A DNA stretch of 64,000 nt from an uncultured delta proteobacterium (GCA_963711565.1 CAVQEQ010000004.1:1376001-1440000); one strand, 5' to 3'. Shown: positions 30,248-40,297, numbered from the stretch's first letter. Numbers and translations are program-made. Notes: generated from the letters alone by a model not told the origin.

Positions 30248-31390
30248 TCACTTTTTGAGTAGATTCCGCGCGATCACGACGCGCTGGATCTGCGACGTGC
30301 CCTCGTAAATCTGCAACAGCTTCGCATCGCGCATCAGCTTCTCGACGGGATACTCCTTCATGTACCCATACCCGCCGAAAATCTGTACCGCGTTGGTCGT
30401 GATCTCCATCGTCGCGTCGGCGCTGAAGGCCTTCGCGTATGCCGAAATCGTGTTGGCGCCTTCGCCCTTGTCGACCAGCCACGCCGCCTTGTACGTCAGC
30501 AGCCGCATCGCTTCGATTTGGATCGCCATGTCGGCCATCATGAACTGGATCGCCTGGAAGTTCGCGATCGGCTGCCCAAACGCGTTGCGCTGCTTGGAGT
30601 ACTTGAGGCATTCGTCGAGTGCGCGCTGCGCAATCCCAATCGCGATCGCGCCAATCTCCGGCAGGCTATGATCGAACGTCGCCATCGCGTACTTGAAGCC
30701 TTCGCCCTCGCGTCCGACCAGCGCGCTCGCGGGAACGCGCACGTCCTCGTAAAAGATCTCGCCGGTGTCCGCCGCGCGCTGCCCGAGCTTTCCATGCATC
30801 CGGTTGCGCGTGATTCCCGGCACGCTCGACGGAAACACGAAGCACGAGATGCCCTTGTGCTTGAGCCGCCTGTCCGACGTCGCGAAGGTGACGTACCAGT
30901 CCGCGCGCGAGCCGTTCGAGATAAAATGCTTGGTGCCGTTGATTACGAACTCGTCGCCCTCGCGCCGATACGTCGTGCTCATCGCGGCAACGTCCGAGCC
31001 CGCGCTCGGCTCGGTGATCGCGAATGCGCAGAACGTCAGTTTCTTTACCAACTGCCCCAGGTAGGTGCGCTTCTGCTCGTCGTTGCCTGCGATCAGAATC
31101 GGCAATGTCGCGAGGTCGTTGGCGCCGACCGCGTTCGAGATTCCCGCGCATCCGTAGTTCAGCTCCTCGACAATCAGGCTCGTGTCGAGCACGCCGAGTC
31201 CCGGTCCGCCCAGTTCCTTCGGCACCCCGAAGTTCATCAGCCCCGCCGCGAACGCCTTCTCGCACACGTCGACCGGAAAAATCTCCTTTTCATCGTACTC
31301 ACGAGCGCGCGGAATTATTTCCTGCTCAGCAAACTTGTGCGCCAGCTCTTTCAGCTCGCGCTGCTCATCGGTCAAATCAAAACCAAGCAT
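30248..31390 (-). CDS. Acyl-CoA dehydrogenase
   Basis: FAITEPSAGSD, NGTKHFISNG, KLGQRA.DT, AVQIFGGYGY, IYEGTSQIQR; start trimmed to ATG 31390. Confidence 0.95.
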   Translation of the reverse strand: MLGFDLTDEQRELKELAHKFAEQEIIPRAREYDEKEIFPVDVCEKAFAAGLMNFGVPKELGGPGLGVLDTSLIVEELNYGCAGISNAVGANDLATLPILIAGNDEQKRTYLGQLVKKLTFCAFAITEPSAGSDVAAMSTTYRREGDEFVINGTKHFISNGSRADWYVTFATSDRRLKHKGISCFVFPSSVPGITRNRMHGKLGQRAADTGEIFYEDVRVPASALVGREGEGFKYAMATFDHSLPEIGAIAIGIAQRALDECLKYSKQRNAFGQPIANFQAIQFMMADMAIQIEAMRLLTYKAAWLVDKGEGANTISAYAKAFSADATMEITTNAVQIFGGYGYMKEYPVEKLMRDAKLLQIYEGTSQIQRVVIARNLLKK

Positions 31391-31544
31391 CGTGATATTC
31401 TCCCGTGATCGATCGTCGCCATTGGTGTTAATCGACCGCGCGATGCAATGAAAGAGCCGCGGCACCCGCGTCGATTCGCCTTGATAAACCGCGCGCATGT
31501 GGGATACGAGGGTAGTTGAGTTTGAACCCTAAAGGAGATCCACG

Positions 31545-31844
31545 ATGTCGATTACTGTGATCGCGAAATTGAAAGTACAGCCCGGCAAGGAAGCCGAGTT
31601 CGAAGCCGCCGGCAAAGAAATGATCGCGACGGTGAAGACCGCCGAGCCCGGCACCCTCGCCTACATCCTGCACAAGAACACCAAGGACCCGACCGAGTTC
31701 ACTTACTACGAGGTCTATCAGGATCAGGCTGCGTTCGAGTCGCACGGCAAGACCGATCACATGAAAGCGTTCGGCGGAAAAATCGGCGCCCTGCTCGCCG
31801 GCCGTCCCGAGATAGCGATCCTCGCCGAAGTCGCCCGCAAATAA
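31545..31844 (+). CDS. ABM family putative quinol monooxygenase
   Basis: V.PGKE..F, EPGTL.Y, YEVY.D..A...H; AGGAG RBS. Confidence 0.88.
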   Translation: MSITVIAKLKVQPGKEAEFEAAGKEMIATVKTAEPGTLAYILHKNTKDPTEFTYYEVYQDQAAFESHGKTDHMKAFGGKIGALLAGRPEIAILAEVARK

Positions 31845-31852
31845 GAAAGAAC

Positions 31853-31895
31853 AATCCGGTTCCCCTTCCCGCGCGCAATGGCGGGAAGGGGTTAG
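31853..31895. repeat. BoxC/REP-like palindromic repeat, copy 2
   Basis: AATCCGGTTCCCCTTCCCGC-loop-GCGGGAAGGGGTTAG directly after the ABM stop. Confidence 0.7.
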
Positions 31896-31948
31896 CGTTA
31901 CCTTGATGGCCTCTGGTAAACTTAAAGTACCGGTTTAGCTTTACTCGA

Positions 31949-33199
31949 ATGCCTTCAACTCTCGCAATTCTCGGCGGCCAGCCCCTTCGCACGCGACCAT
32001 TCCCCGCGTGGCCGGTCTTTGATGCCCGCGAACGCGCGCAACTTGAAGACGTCCTCACATCGTCAAGCTGGGGCGGCTATCCGAGCCCCAATCGCAAGGC
32101 CACCGAGTTCGCCGCTGCATTCGCCGCGTACCAGGGCGCTCGCTTCGCCATCCCGACCACGTCCGGCACCAGCGCGCTCGAGGTCGCCCTCAAGGCACTC
32201 GGCATCGGCGCCGGCGACGAGGTGATCGTTCCCGCGGTCACTTTCGCCGCGACGCCCTATGCCGCCGTCGCATGCATGGCGCGTCCGGTCTTCGCCAACG
32301 TCAGCGCCACCAACGCATGCATCGATCCCGAATCCGTCGAGCGCCTCATCACGCGCCGCACCAAGGCCATCATCCCCGTCCACTACGGCGCGTCGCTAGC
32401 CGATCTCGACGCACTCGCGGAAATTTCCCGCTCGCATTCGATTCCGCTCGTCGAGGATTGCGCTCACGTCCCCGGCGCCCAATTCCGCGCTCGCGGCGTC
32501 GGCACTCACGGCGCGCTCGGATGCTTCAGTTTTCAATCCTCTAAGCCGATGACCGCGGGCGAAGGCGGAATGATCACGACCAACGATCCCGACCTCGAGC
32601 AGCGATGCCAGTCGCTCATCAATTGCGGACGCCGCCGCCCGAGCGACGACTTCGAGGGCCCGCTGATGGGCGCGAACTACCGGATGACGGAATGGCAATG
32701 CGGAATCCTGCTCGCGCAGCTCACGCGGCTGTCCGAGCAGATCGAGCACAAGAGCCGCGCCGCCGCCCGCCTGCGCGAAGGACTCGGCGCCATCAAGGGA
32801 CTAAGTCCCGTCGCGCGCGATCCGCGCGTCACGCGCGAAACGATCTATGCATTCATTTTTCTCCTCGAGGAATCCGCGCTCGGCATCTCGCGCAATCGAT
32901 TCGTCCGCGCACTTCGCGCCGAGGGCATCCCGGCCGGCGTCGCCAACGATCCCGTCTATCGCTCCGCGCTCTTCCCGCGCGAGTCCGCCGCCTATCGCAA
33001 AGCCTGCGAACTCGCCGGCGCAAACCCCGACAGCGCTGCGATCGATTGTCCCGTCGCCGAGCGCCTGTTCGAGCACGCGCTCGTCTCGATACCGCACGAA
33101 TGCCTCCTCGGCGACGACCGCGAGGTTGACGACATCATAGAGGCAGCCGCCAAGGTGGCTTCCAGAGCCAACGAACTCGCCGCAGCTAAACTCATATGA
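31949..33199 (+). CDS. DegT-family aminotransferase (BtrR/RifK-like subgroup)
   Basis: LAILGG.P, F.WP, EDCAH, SFQSSKPMTAGEGG, NYRMTEWQ. Confidence 0.9.
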   Translation: MPSTLAILGGQPLRTRPFPAWPVFDARERAQLEDVLTSSSWGGYPSPNRKATEFAAAFAAYQGARFAIPTTSGTSALEVALKALGIGAGDEVIVPAVTFAATPYAAVACMARPVFANVSATNACIDPESVERLITRRTKAIIPVHYGASLADLDALAEISRSHSIPLVEDCAHVPGAQFRARGVGTHGALGCFSFQSSKPMTAGEGGMITTNDPDLEQRCQSLINCGRRRPSDDFEGPLMGANYRMTEWQCGILLAQLTRLSEQIEHKSRAAARLREGLGAIKGLSPVARDPRVTRETIYAFIFLLEESALGISRNRFVRALRAEGIPAGVANDPVYRSALFPRESAAYRKACELAGANPDSAAIDCPVAERLFEHALVSIPHECLLGDDREVDDIIEAAAKVASRANELAAAKLI

Positions 33200-34560
33200 G
33201 CCCAGTCTACGCCGGCGCCGCGCGCGTAAAGCTCGATCCTCCAGCCGGACTAGCGATGCTCGGTTACGGCAACCGCGTCGGCCGCAACGCCGGAGTTCAC
33301 GACGACCTCGCCGCGCAGGCGCTCGTGCTATCCGATGGCGCGAGCAAGGTCGCGATCGTTGGCGTTGACCTGCTCGCGCTCGGCGTTCGCATAGCCGACG
33401 ACATCCGCGAGCGCGTCGCCGCCAGCACCGACATCCCCGCCGATTCGATACTGGTTTGCGCGACGCACACTCATTCCGCGCCCGCCTTTAACATCTTCGC
33501 GACGCCGCGCGCCGACGCGAAGCCGGCCGAAGGCCGCGACCTCCAATGGGAACGCGCGTTGCCCGCGAAGATTGCGTCCGCGATCGTTCAGGCGAACGAA
33601 AACCTCGAGCCTGCAACGCTGCGCGCTGCCACTGCCCAGTTCGCGCTTGGAATCAATCGACGGCTGATACGCCCGCATCACCAGGTTCAAACCGCCGCAA
33701 ATCGTTCCGGCCCCGCCGACGCGGAAGTCCGCACACTCGGTGCGTATCGCCCGAACGGAACTCCAATCGCGTTCATCATGAACTATCCGTGCCACGGCGT
33801 CGTCCTGTGCGAAGACAATCTGCTTTACTCGCGCGATTGGCCCGGCTTCGCGATGGACGAAATCGAAAGCGTGAGCAGTTCCGCCGGCAGCCCACGCCCG
33901 CTTTCGATTTTCATTCAGGGCGCGACCGGCAACATCGATCCTCGCAGCCGCGGCAATTTCGATGTCGCCGAACAATACGGCCGCGCGATGGGCCGTGCAG
34001 CCTTCGACGCGCTCCAACAGACGCCCCCGATTGCCGACTCAGGAATTGCCACGCTCAGGATTCCGCTCAGACTCAAGCTTAAAGATATCAGCGCCGAACT
34101 CGCTCTTGCGCGCGATTGCGCCGCGCAGACCCAGGCCTCGCTCGACAACCATCGCGGCGGCGACGGCTACCAGTTAAAGCGCTTGCGCGATCATCATGCG
34201 CAGTCGCTCTCCGCCTTGGCCGCTCTGGAAGCCCTTGAGGAGCAAAACCGCCGCGACCGCCGCGTCAATATGGACCGCCGCGAACTCGCCGCCGCGATGA
34301 CGATCGTCACAGTCGGGAGTGTCGCGTTAGTCGGCATCCCCGGCGAACTCTTCGTCGAGCTCGGCCTGGCGATCAAAGCAAATCCGTACTTCGCGCATAC
34401 TTTCGTCGCCGGCTACTGCAACGATCTGATCGGCTACATCCCCACCCGCGCTGCCTACGCCGAGGGTGGCTACGAAGTCGATACATCGCGAATCGCACCC
34501 GGCTCCGGCGAGACGATCGTCGAGACCGCCCTCTCCGCTTTTGCCGCGATGCGTTCCTGA
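33196..34560 (+). CDS. Neutral/alkaline ceramidase-like metallo-amidohydrolase
   Basis: GVHDDL, ATHTHSAP, NYPCH, SRDWPG, QGATGNIDP, PGELF, GYIPT..Y..GGYE. Confidence 0.8.
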   Translation: MSPVYAGAARVKLDPPAGLAMLGYGNRVGRNAGVHDDLAAQALVLSDGASKVAIVGVDLLALGVRIADDIRERVAASTDIPADSILVCATHTHSAPAFNIFATPRADAKPAEGRDLQWERALPAKIASAIVQANENLEPATLRAATAQFALGINRRLIRPHHQVQTAANRSGPADAEVRTLGAYRPNGTPIAFIMNYPCHGVVLCEDNLLYSRDWPGFAMDEIESVSSSAGSPRPLSIFIQGATGNIDPRSRGNFDVAEQYGRAMGRAAFDALQQTPPIADSGIATLRIPLRLKLKDISAELALARDCAAQTQASLDNHRGGDGYQLKRLRDHHAQSLSALAALEALEEQNRRDRRVNMDRRELAAAMTIVTVGSVALVGIPGELFVELGLAIKANPYFAHTFVAGYCNDLIGYIPTRAAYAEGGYEVDTSRIAPGSGETIVETALSAFAAMRS

Positions 34561-35271
34561 ATGCGTGAGATCCGGCATCGCGAGCTTGCCACGATGCTCG
34601 CGACCGGCGCGCAGATCGTCGACGTGCTGCGATATCACGAGTACAACTCCGCGCACATCCATGGCGCCATTCACATTCCGCTCGGCCACATCCTGCGCGA
34701 CGCGCCGATCACTCTCGACCGCACACGCCCCGTCATCGTCTACTGCCGCGATTGTTTGTGCGACTTGAGCGCGCGCGCCGCCGCGCAGCTCGAGCTGCTC
34801 GGCTTCACGGATGTCCGCCACTACTTCCGCGGCAAGGTCGATTGGATGGAACGCGGCTTGCCAATGTATCCGCCGGCGCTGCTCTCAGAGCGGGTGCGCG
34901 CGTTTCGCTATTTCGTGAACAACCTCGCGCCTGAGTTGCGGAAATTCTGGATTCACTACACCGACCGCGTCCGCGTCGCCGAGTTCATGCGCGACGACCT
35001 CGTCCGTCTGGGCCCCGAAGATTCCGTTCCGCCCGCCACACCCGCATCGCCAATGCCCCGCGCGGTGGTGCTGAATTCCGAGGGAATCCTGCTGGGCGCG
35101 ATCGAACAATCCGATTCCGCGCCGCGGTCACTGGCCGCAATGAATCCAGCCCCGCAAACAATCCGCCCCGACATGACCCCGCGCCTCGCCACGCAACTGC
35201 TAGTGTCGAATCGGCACCTGCTGGTAACAACCGCAATGGGCAAATATTTGGGCCGCTATTTGACGGCGTAG
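34561..35271 (+). CDS. Rhodanese-domain protein with degenerate CBS-like C-terminus
   Basis: IVDV...EY..AHIHGAI.IPL, IVYC, GKVDW..GLP. Confidence 0.75.
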   Translation: MREIRHRELATMLATGAQIVDVLRYHEYNSAHIHGAIHIPLGHILRDAPITLDRTRPVIVYCRDCLCDLSARAAAQLELLGFTDVRHYFRGKVDWMERGLPMYPPALLSERVRAFRYFVNNLAPELRKFWIHYTDRVRVAEFMRDDLVRLGPEDSVPPATPASPMPRAVVLNSEGILLGAIEQSDSAPRSLAAMNPAPQTIRPDMTPRLATQLLVSNRHLLVTTAMGKYLGRYLTA

Positions 35272-35284
35272 TCGCTGAGAATTG

Positions 35285-35432
35285 CCTCGCCCCACGAGGG
35301 GAAAGGCCGACGCTCGTCTTCAAGCGGCGGGTGAGGGACCGAATTTCCGGGATTCCGGATGTGCGGCGCAACAGACAATCGCGCCGCAGAGTTGTCCCTC
35401 ACCCTAACCCTCTCCCGACAAACGGGCGAGGG
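35285..35432. repeat. Inverted pair of BoxC-like repeats (MITE-like cruciform)
   Basis: CCTCGCCCC...GGGTGAGGGA and TCCCTCACCCTAACCCTCTCCC...GGGCGAGGG around an inner GC hairpin. Confidence 0.65.
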
Positions 35433-35450
35433 CATCAGAAGGACACCGCG

Positions 35451-35942
35451 TTACCTCTCGATCACCCCATCCGCGGAGATATCCAGATGGTACGCGGCCT
35501 CGCGCGCGAGCTCTTCAGGCCGCGTGCGGTAGAACTCCACCTGAGGAACGCCGGGCAACGCCGCGATCGCGTCGCGCACTGCCACCGTCGTGAAACCGTG
35601 TCTCTCGAAGAACCCGGCGGCGTCCTTCGTGAACAGGTACAGATGACGCGCGCCGCGTGTGTGCGCAGCTTTGCGCGCCGCCGCGAGCAACGCGCCGCCG
35701 ATTCCGCGCCGGCGACTCGATTGATTCACGTACAGCGATCGTATCAGCGCCGCGTCGATCTTCGACTCGACGCCCACCACTCCCACCGCTTCATCGCCGA
35801 CGTACGCGACGATGTAACACGCGGCCGGCCACTCGATCCCGTCGGTAATCATCCCCGCCCGCGCGAGCATGTCGCGCACGAGCCCGAGATTTCGCGTCTG
35901 CTCGATTACGAGCTCGCCTGCGCGATGCTTGCGTATCGCCAT
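35451..35942 (-). CDS. GNAT family N-acetyltransferase (ArsN2/ArgA-like)
   Basis: ALIRSLYV...RRRGIG..L, LYLFT..A.GFFERHGF. Confidence 0.85.
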   Translation of the reverse strand: MAIRKHRAGELVIEQTRNLGLVRDMLARAGMITDGIEWPAACYIVAYVGDEAVGVVGVESKIDAALIRSLYVNQSSRRRGIGGALLAAARKAAHTRGARHLYLFTKDAAGFFERHGFTTVAVRDAIAALPGVPQVEFYRTRPEELAREAAYHLDISADGVIER

Positions 35943-35957
35943 GCCGCGGTCCACGAC

Positions 35958-36188
35958 CTACTTCTTCGGCGGCGGGAAGAGCTGCACGCCCGCTTCGTCC
36001 ACGACCGTGATTGCCTTGACCGGACACGAGCGCGCCGCCGAAACGATTATCGAGTCGCCGGCGCCCGTCGCGTTGACGACCTCGGACTTGCCCTCCGCGT
36101 CGAGCTGAAACACAGCCGGCGCTGTCTCCACGCAGTCGCCGCTGCCGATGCAACGAACCTTGTTCACCGTGATCGAAAGCTTCGCCAT
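35958..36188 (-). CDS. Small 3Fe-4S/4Fe-4S ferredoxin
   Basis: CIGSGDC...AP.VF...CPVKAI; GGAGG RBS. Confidence 0.88.
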   Translation of the reverse strand: MAKLSITVNKVRCIGSGDCVETAPAVFQLDAEGKSEVVNATGAGDSIIVSAARSCPVKAITVVDEAGVQLFPPPKK

Positions 36189-36278
36189 CGTTACCTCCAC
36201 AATTCTGAATGAACAATAGAATCCGCACCGCGCGCGCGCAATTGAATCCGCACGCGGCGCGGCTGATACTCATTCGCG

Positions 36279-36671
36279 ATGAGCCAAATCGCAGGCACCG
36301 GAATCAACGTCATCGAAGTCGATCGCATCGAGCGCGCGCTCACGCGCCCCGCCACGGGCGAGCGCTTTCGCGCCCGCGTCTTCACCGCCGGCGAGGTGAA
36401 ATACTGCGAGTCGCGCGGCCGTCCCCGCTATCAGAGCTACGCCGCGCGGTTCGCCGCCAAGGAAGCGACGATGAAAGCGCTCGGCACCGGCTGGAATCGC
36501 AACGTCGGATGGGGCGAAATCGAAGTCGTACGCGAGCGCGGCAAGGCTCCAACGATCGCGCTATCGGGCAAGGCCGCCGCCTTCGCGCGGCGCAAACAGA
36601 TCACGCGCTTTCACCTCAGCATCACGCATACGGCCGCCCAGGCGATCGCCCACGTAATCGCCGAATCCTGA
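36279..36671 (+). CDS. acpS: Holo-ACP synthase
   Basis: F..RVFT..E, AARFAAKEA.MKALGTG, HLSITH; GID motif reads GIN here. Confidence 0.92.
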   Translation: MSQIAGTGINVIEVDRIERALTRPATGERFRARVFTAGEVKYCESRGRPRYQSYAARFAAKEATMKALGTGWNRNVGWGEIEVVRERGKAPTIALSGKAAAFARRKQITRFHLSITHTAAQAIAHVIAES

Positions 36672-36681
36672 TCGCTGTCCT

Positions 36682-36966
36682 TCAAAACAGCTTGGGCCAC
36701 TTCATCGCGCCGTGAAGAACACGCAGCACTGTCACGCTATCGCCCCGATGAAGGTATGCAACGACGTAGGGAAGTCCCGCGATTACCAGCTCGCGCGTGC
36801 CCTGGACGCGACCCGGTCGCCCGATACCCGGGTGTTCGGTTAACATCTCAACCAGCCGAATTATTTCAAGTACGGTTTCGATCGCCGCGCCGGGATTGTC
36901 ACGGCTTATGAATTGCTCGACTGAATCGAGGTCGCGGTCAGCGGCGGGCGTCCACTCTAGCCGCAC
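36682..36966 (-). CDS. RelE/ParE family toxin
   Basis: WT.AA..DL, HPGIGRPGRV.GTRELV..LPY, LRVLHG. Confidence 0.92.
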   Translation of the reverse strand: MRLEWTPAADRDLDSVEQFISRDNPGAAIETVLEIIRLVEMLTEHPGIGRPGRVQGTRELVIAGLPYVVAYLHRGDSVTVLRVLHGAMKWPKLF

Positions 36967-37198
36967 GCTTGCGCTCCCACCGCTTCACCACCGTCTTGTG
37001 TTCCACGACATGACCGGCTTCGGCTTCCTTGAGCGCCTGCTTGACCTCGCCCACGAACCATTCTTCGTAGTCGAGGTAGCGTTCGACCGCGTGGTTTATC
37101 ACCCATGCCCTTGAACGGCTCATTGCATTGGCGAGACCATCGACGCGTTTGAGCGTCCGGCTCTCCATACGGACCGTGGTTGTCTTCTCAACGCCCAT
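36938..37198 (-). CDS. CopG/RHH antitoxin
   Basis: TTVR....RVD.LA..M.RSRAW.I..A..YL; overlaps toxin start. Confidence 0.88.
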   Translation of the reverse strand: MGVEKTTTVRMESRTLKRVDGLANAMSRSRAWVINHAVERYLDYEEWFVGEVKQALKEAEAGHVVEHKTVVKRWERKRAARVDARR

Positions 37199-37267
37199 AT
37201 TCAAAGAGAATACATCCGGATATGCTCGATCGGCAACCCTGAAGTTCGAGGACAAGGGACGCGAGGC

Positions 37268-38686
37268 TTACTTCGCGGGCGCCGGCGCCGACGCGCCCGG
37301 AGCGTTGGCCATGTACAACGGCGCGGGCCGGTTGAGCTGCTCGAAAATGAACTCGCTCAATGAGTACACCGCTTTGCTGCCGCTCGAAGTCGCGTAGTAT
37401 TCCGCCCGCTGCGGCGGCTCGCCCGGGGCCGGCGGCGCCGTCTCCTTGACGCTGATCTTCGCGAGCTTGACCGCGCCGAGTTCTTTGCCGTCCTTGCCGA
37501 TGAGCGTGATTTCGAGCGTAGGATTATCAAGCCCGAATGGCTGCGCACTCGGCATCGGATCGGCGACGATCGACTGTCCTTTCAGATCGCGGAACTGATT
37601 AAGCAGCCGCTCGACGACCGGGATATCGCCGTCCGAGGTCTTGCCGCCGACAGTCACGCTCCACTTCCCGGCGGGCGCGCGCTTGAGCGTGAACTCGCCG
37701 TCGCTGTTCTTGACCTTGACCGTATCAACCGCCTCGGGATCGACCTTCACTATCGTCTTGTCGCGAAAATCCAGCGGCGATTTGTCCAGGCTGGTCATGA
37801 GGTACTCGGCGACGGCGTAAACCGGCGTGCGCTCTCCGCGACGCACATAAATCCCGCTCTTGCCCTCGCCGCTCTGCTTGAATCCGAACAGCATCGATTG
37901 CTGCTCGCCGCTCTTGAGCACCACCGTCGCCGTCAGATGCGGTTTTTCAAGGCCGTATTGATTGACGTTGCTCGGCGCATCGGACACGAAGTCGGACGCC
38001 CGCGCATTCACCAGCGTGCCGAGCGCCATTCGTACCGCAGTGTCATCGGCCGGCGACGGCGCGGGCTTGACGATCTTCCAATGGTCGCCGTCGCGATCGA
38101 TTTCAACCGCCGGACCGTTGTCGCGCGCGATGATCAGTTTCTGAACGTCGTCGAGCTTGAACGCCATCAGGTCGCGGTCGCGCAAATCGTTGACCGTCTT
38201 GTTCATTCCGGACGAGAACGCGCCTTCCGTCAGCAGCACCGCCGGACTGTTCGAGAGCCGGACGTAAGCGTTGAAGCCAATCGGCGTCGATTTCCCGACT
38301 TCGATCGACGGCAATGTTTTCTTGTCGAAGGTCGTTACTGTGATGGTCGTGGTCGGCGGCTTGAGTCCGAATGGCGTCAGGTCCGCCGGCTGGTCATCGA
38401 CGGTGCGGACCAGGACGCCGTCGGCGATCGCGCGCGCAAGGTTGTTGGCTTGCATCTGGTCAGCATCGGCGCCGATTGGCTTTACGATCCGCCAGGGCTT
38501 GCCCTGGTCGCGCTCGATCACGATATCGCGGTCGGAATACTTGAGTTCAATCTTCGCGATATCGTCCGGCTTGACGTTGATCAGTTTCGCCTGCGCCTCG
38601 GTCTGCGAGTAATGGCTGACGACAAAGGCGTAGCCGCCGACAATCGCGAACAGGACCAGCACGATAATGGTGTTGCGCAGCCGCAT
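37268..38686 (-). CDS. DUF4340 repeat membrane-anchored protein
   Basis: N-terminal TM; three repeats with (F/Y)GL..P and W.I..P motifs; usual partner of GldAFG-like ABC systems. Confidence 0.82.
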   Translation of the reverse strand: MRLRNTIIVLVLFAIVGGYAFVVSHYSQTEAQAKLINVKPDDIAKIELKYSDRDIVIERDQGKPWRIVKPIGADADQMQANNLARAIADGVLVRTVDDQPADLTPFGLKPPTTTITVTTFDKKTLPSIEVGKSTPIGFNAYVRLSNSPAVLLTEGAFSSGMNKTVNDLRDRDLMAFKLDDVQKLIIARDNGPAVEIDRDGDHWKIVKPAPSPADDTAVRMALGTLVNARASDFVSDAPSNVNQYGLEKPHLTATVVLKSGEQQSMLFGFKQSGEGKSGIYVRRGERTPVYAVAEYLMTSLDKSPLDFRDKTIVKVDPEAVDTVKVKNSDGEFTLKRAPAGKWSVTVGGKTSDGDIPVVERLLNQFRDLKGQSIVADPMPSAQPFGLDNPTLEITLIGKDGKELGAVKLAKISVKETAPPAPGEPPQRAEYYATSSGSKAVYSLSEFIFEQLNRPAPLYMANAPGASAPAPAK

Positions 38687-38715
38687 CGGAACTCAAGTCG
38701 TAGTCGGATGACGCC

Positions 38716-40284
38716 TCAGTTGCGCCGTTCCCACCACACCACGATCCCGGCAATCAGCAGCAACTCGGGGAGCAATAGCACTGCGAACGCGAACACGATC
38801 GAGAACTGCCCTTCAGTCAGGCGAAAGCGTGAGGCGCGAATCGAGCGCGGCCTGATCGAGATCGAGTTTTCCTCGCCGGTCAGCCAGTCGGCGCTGTTGA
38901 CGAAAAAGTCGCGGTTGAAGAACTGCGTCACATTCTGATTGTCGGCGAAGTCGGTGCTGCCATAGACCACGATTCTCGCGTCGCCCTTGCCCCAGCCGAG
39001 CTGCTCTAGGTTGCCGTCCACCGCCATCACGACGTTAATCGGCCCGCGCATGTCCTTGGCTGTGAGTTCAGCCTTCTGCTGCCGGAACAAAGTGTCGAGA
39101 TCGACCTCCGCCCAGGACGTATCGCTGGTCATCGCGATCGGAGTGACGGTCAGTCCCGTTTTCAGATTGGGTTCGGCGGTCAGCGACCGCGTCATCGGGA
39201 ACACGGTGCGCTGCTTGAAGTCCTTGGTAATCGGATGGTCGCCGTAGTTCTGCACGATCGGATTGAGACCCAGCGCGGGACCCTCGAACAGCCGCACCAC
39301 CTGGTCCACCACGATATCGTTGCCGACCTTGACACCCCAGTCGGCCGCCAGTTTCACCATCGCGTCTTCGTCGATTGGATTGTCGGGACGTTGCGGCCGG
39401 TACATCGCAATCATGCGCCCGCCATGCTTCAGGTAATCGTTCAACGCATCGATCTCATGCTGGCCGATCGGCTTGATCGGTCCCGCGACCACGACCAGGT
39501 TCACGTCATCGGGCACCTTCGGCAGTTGCGCGAGCTCGAGCTTGCGGACCTCGTAGCCCTCGCCTTCGAGATCCTTTTTGATAATGCCGTAGCCTTCGGC
39601 CTGTCCTTCGTCCTGGTCGGGATCCGCCTCGCCATGCCCGTCGAGGAATTCGATTACCTTCTTCGTGCTCCTTGTCGCGCGGATGATCGCGTTGGTCAGC
39701 GATTCCTCGGTGAGATCGGTGACGTTGGTGCCTTCGCCGCTATCGGCGCCGCCGTATTGCAGATGCGTGGTGCCCATCACCGACACCTTGAAACGCTCGG
39801 CGAGTTCGGGATGCTTGTCGGGATCGACCATCTCGTAAGTCAGTTTGGGCGAGTAATACGAAAACGTCTCGTAGAGTTCGCGCGCGGCGGGATTCTCGCC
39901 GCCCTGGAAGAAGCCGTACAACTTGAGAGGCTTCTGCAGATCCTTGACCACGTTGATCGACTGGCTCGACAGGCTGTAAACCTTCTCGGCCGTCAGGTCG
40001 AGCCGCGTGTGATGGAGCGACGAGATGTAGTTAATCGCGATCAGCAACCCGATGAACGCGATCGAGTAGACGGCGGCATTGGCGCCGTAACGCGCCGAGC
40101 GGCCCGTGGTGATCGATGAAAGCTCGGATCGGCTCGAGGTGATCCAGAGAACGATCGCGAAGATGCCGCCGGCGAGATTGACCCACACGAACAGCCGAAA
40201 GCCGCTCGAGATAAAATAGTCAACCAGCCCGAACGAGAGCAGAACCAGGCCGAGAATTCCGTAAAGAGCCGCCGATCGCCGCAT
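38716..40284 (-). CDS. GldG-like ABC auxiliary component
   Basis: DLT.EK.YSLS, DGHGE, N.DFFVNS.DWL, C-terminal TM and WWERR. Confidence 0.88.
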   Translation of the reverse strand: MRRSAALYGILGLVLLSFGLVDYFISSGFRLFVWVNLAGGIFAIVLWITSSRSELSSITTGRSARYGANAAVYSIAFIGLLIAINYISSLHHTRLDLTAEKVYSLSSQSINVVKDLQKPLKLYGFFQGGENPAARELYETFSYYSPKLTYEMVDPDKHPELAERFKVSVMGTTHLQYGGADSGEGTNVTDLTEESLTNAIIRATRSTKKVIEFLDGHGEADPDQDEGQAEGYGIIKKDLEGEGYEVRKLELAQLPKVPDDVNLVVVAGPIKPIGQHEIDALNDYLKHGGRMIAMYRPQRPDNPIDEDAMVKLAADWGVKVGNDIVVDQVVRLFEGPALGLNPIVQNYGDHPITKDFKQRTVFPMTRSLTAEPNLKTGLTVTPIAMTSDTSWAEVDLDTLFRQQKAELTAKDMRGPINVVMAVDGNLEQLGWGKGDARIVVYGSTDFADNQNVTQFFNRDFFVNSADWLTGEENSISIRPRSIRASRFRLTEGQFSIVFAFAVLLLPELLLIAGIVVWWERRN

Positions 40285-40297
40285 CCGCCCCTCTACC

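Noticed and set aside
36300-36312. A-to-I editing or AAC recoding to explain Asn at Asp positions
   Set aside because: The same + strand change hits minus-strand accD as Arg>Cys and appears as an insertion in trpB, so it is DNA-motif-linked rather than codon-linked
36682-37198. ParE/RHH pair as marker of a mobile element
   Set aside because: Ordinary TA module; no flanking repeats or recombinase
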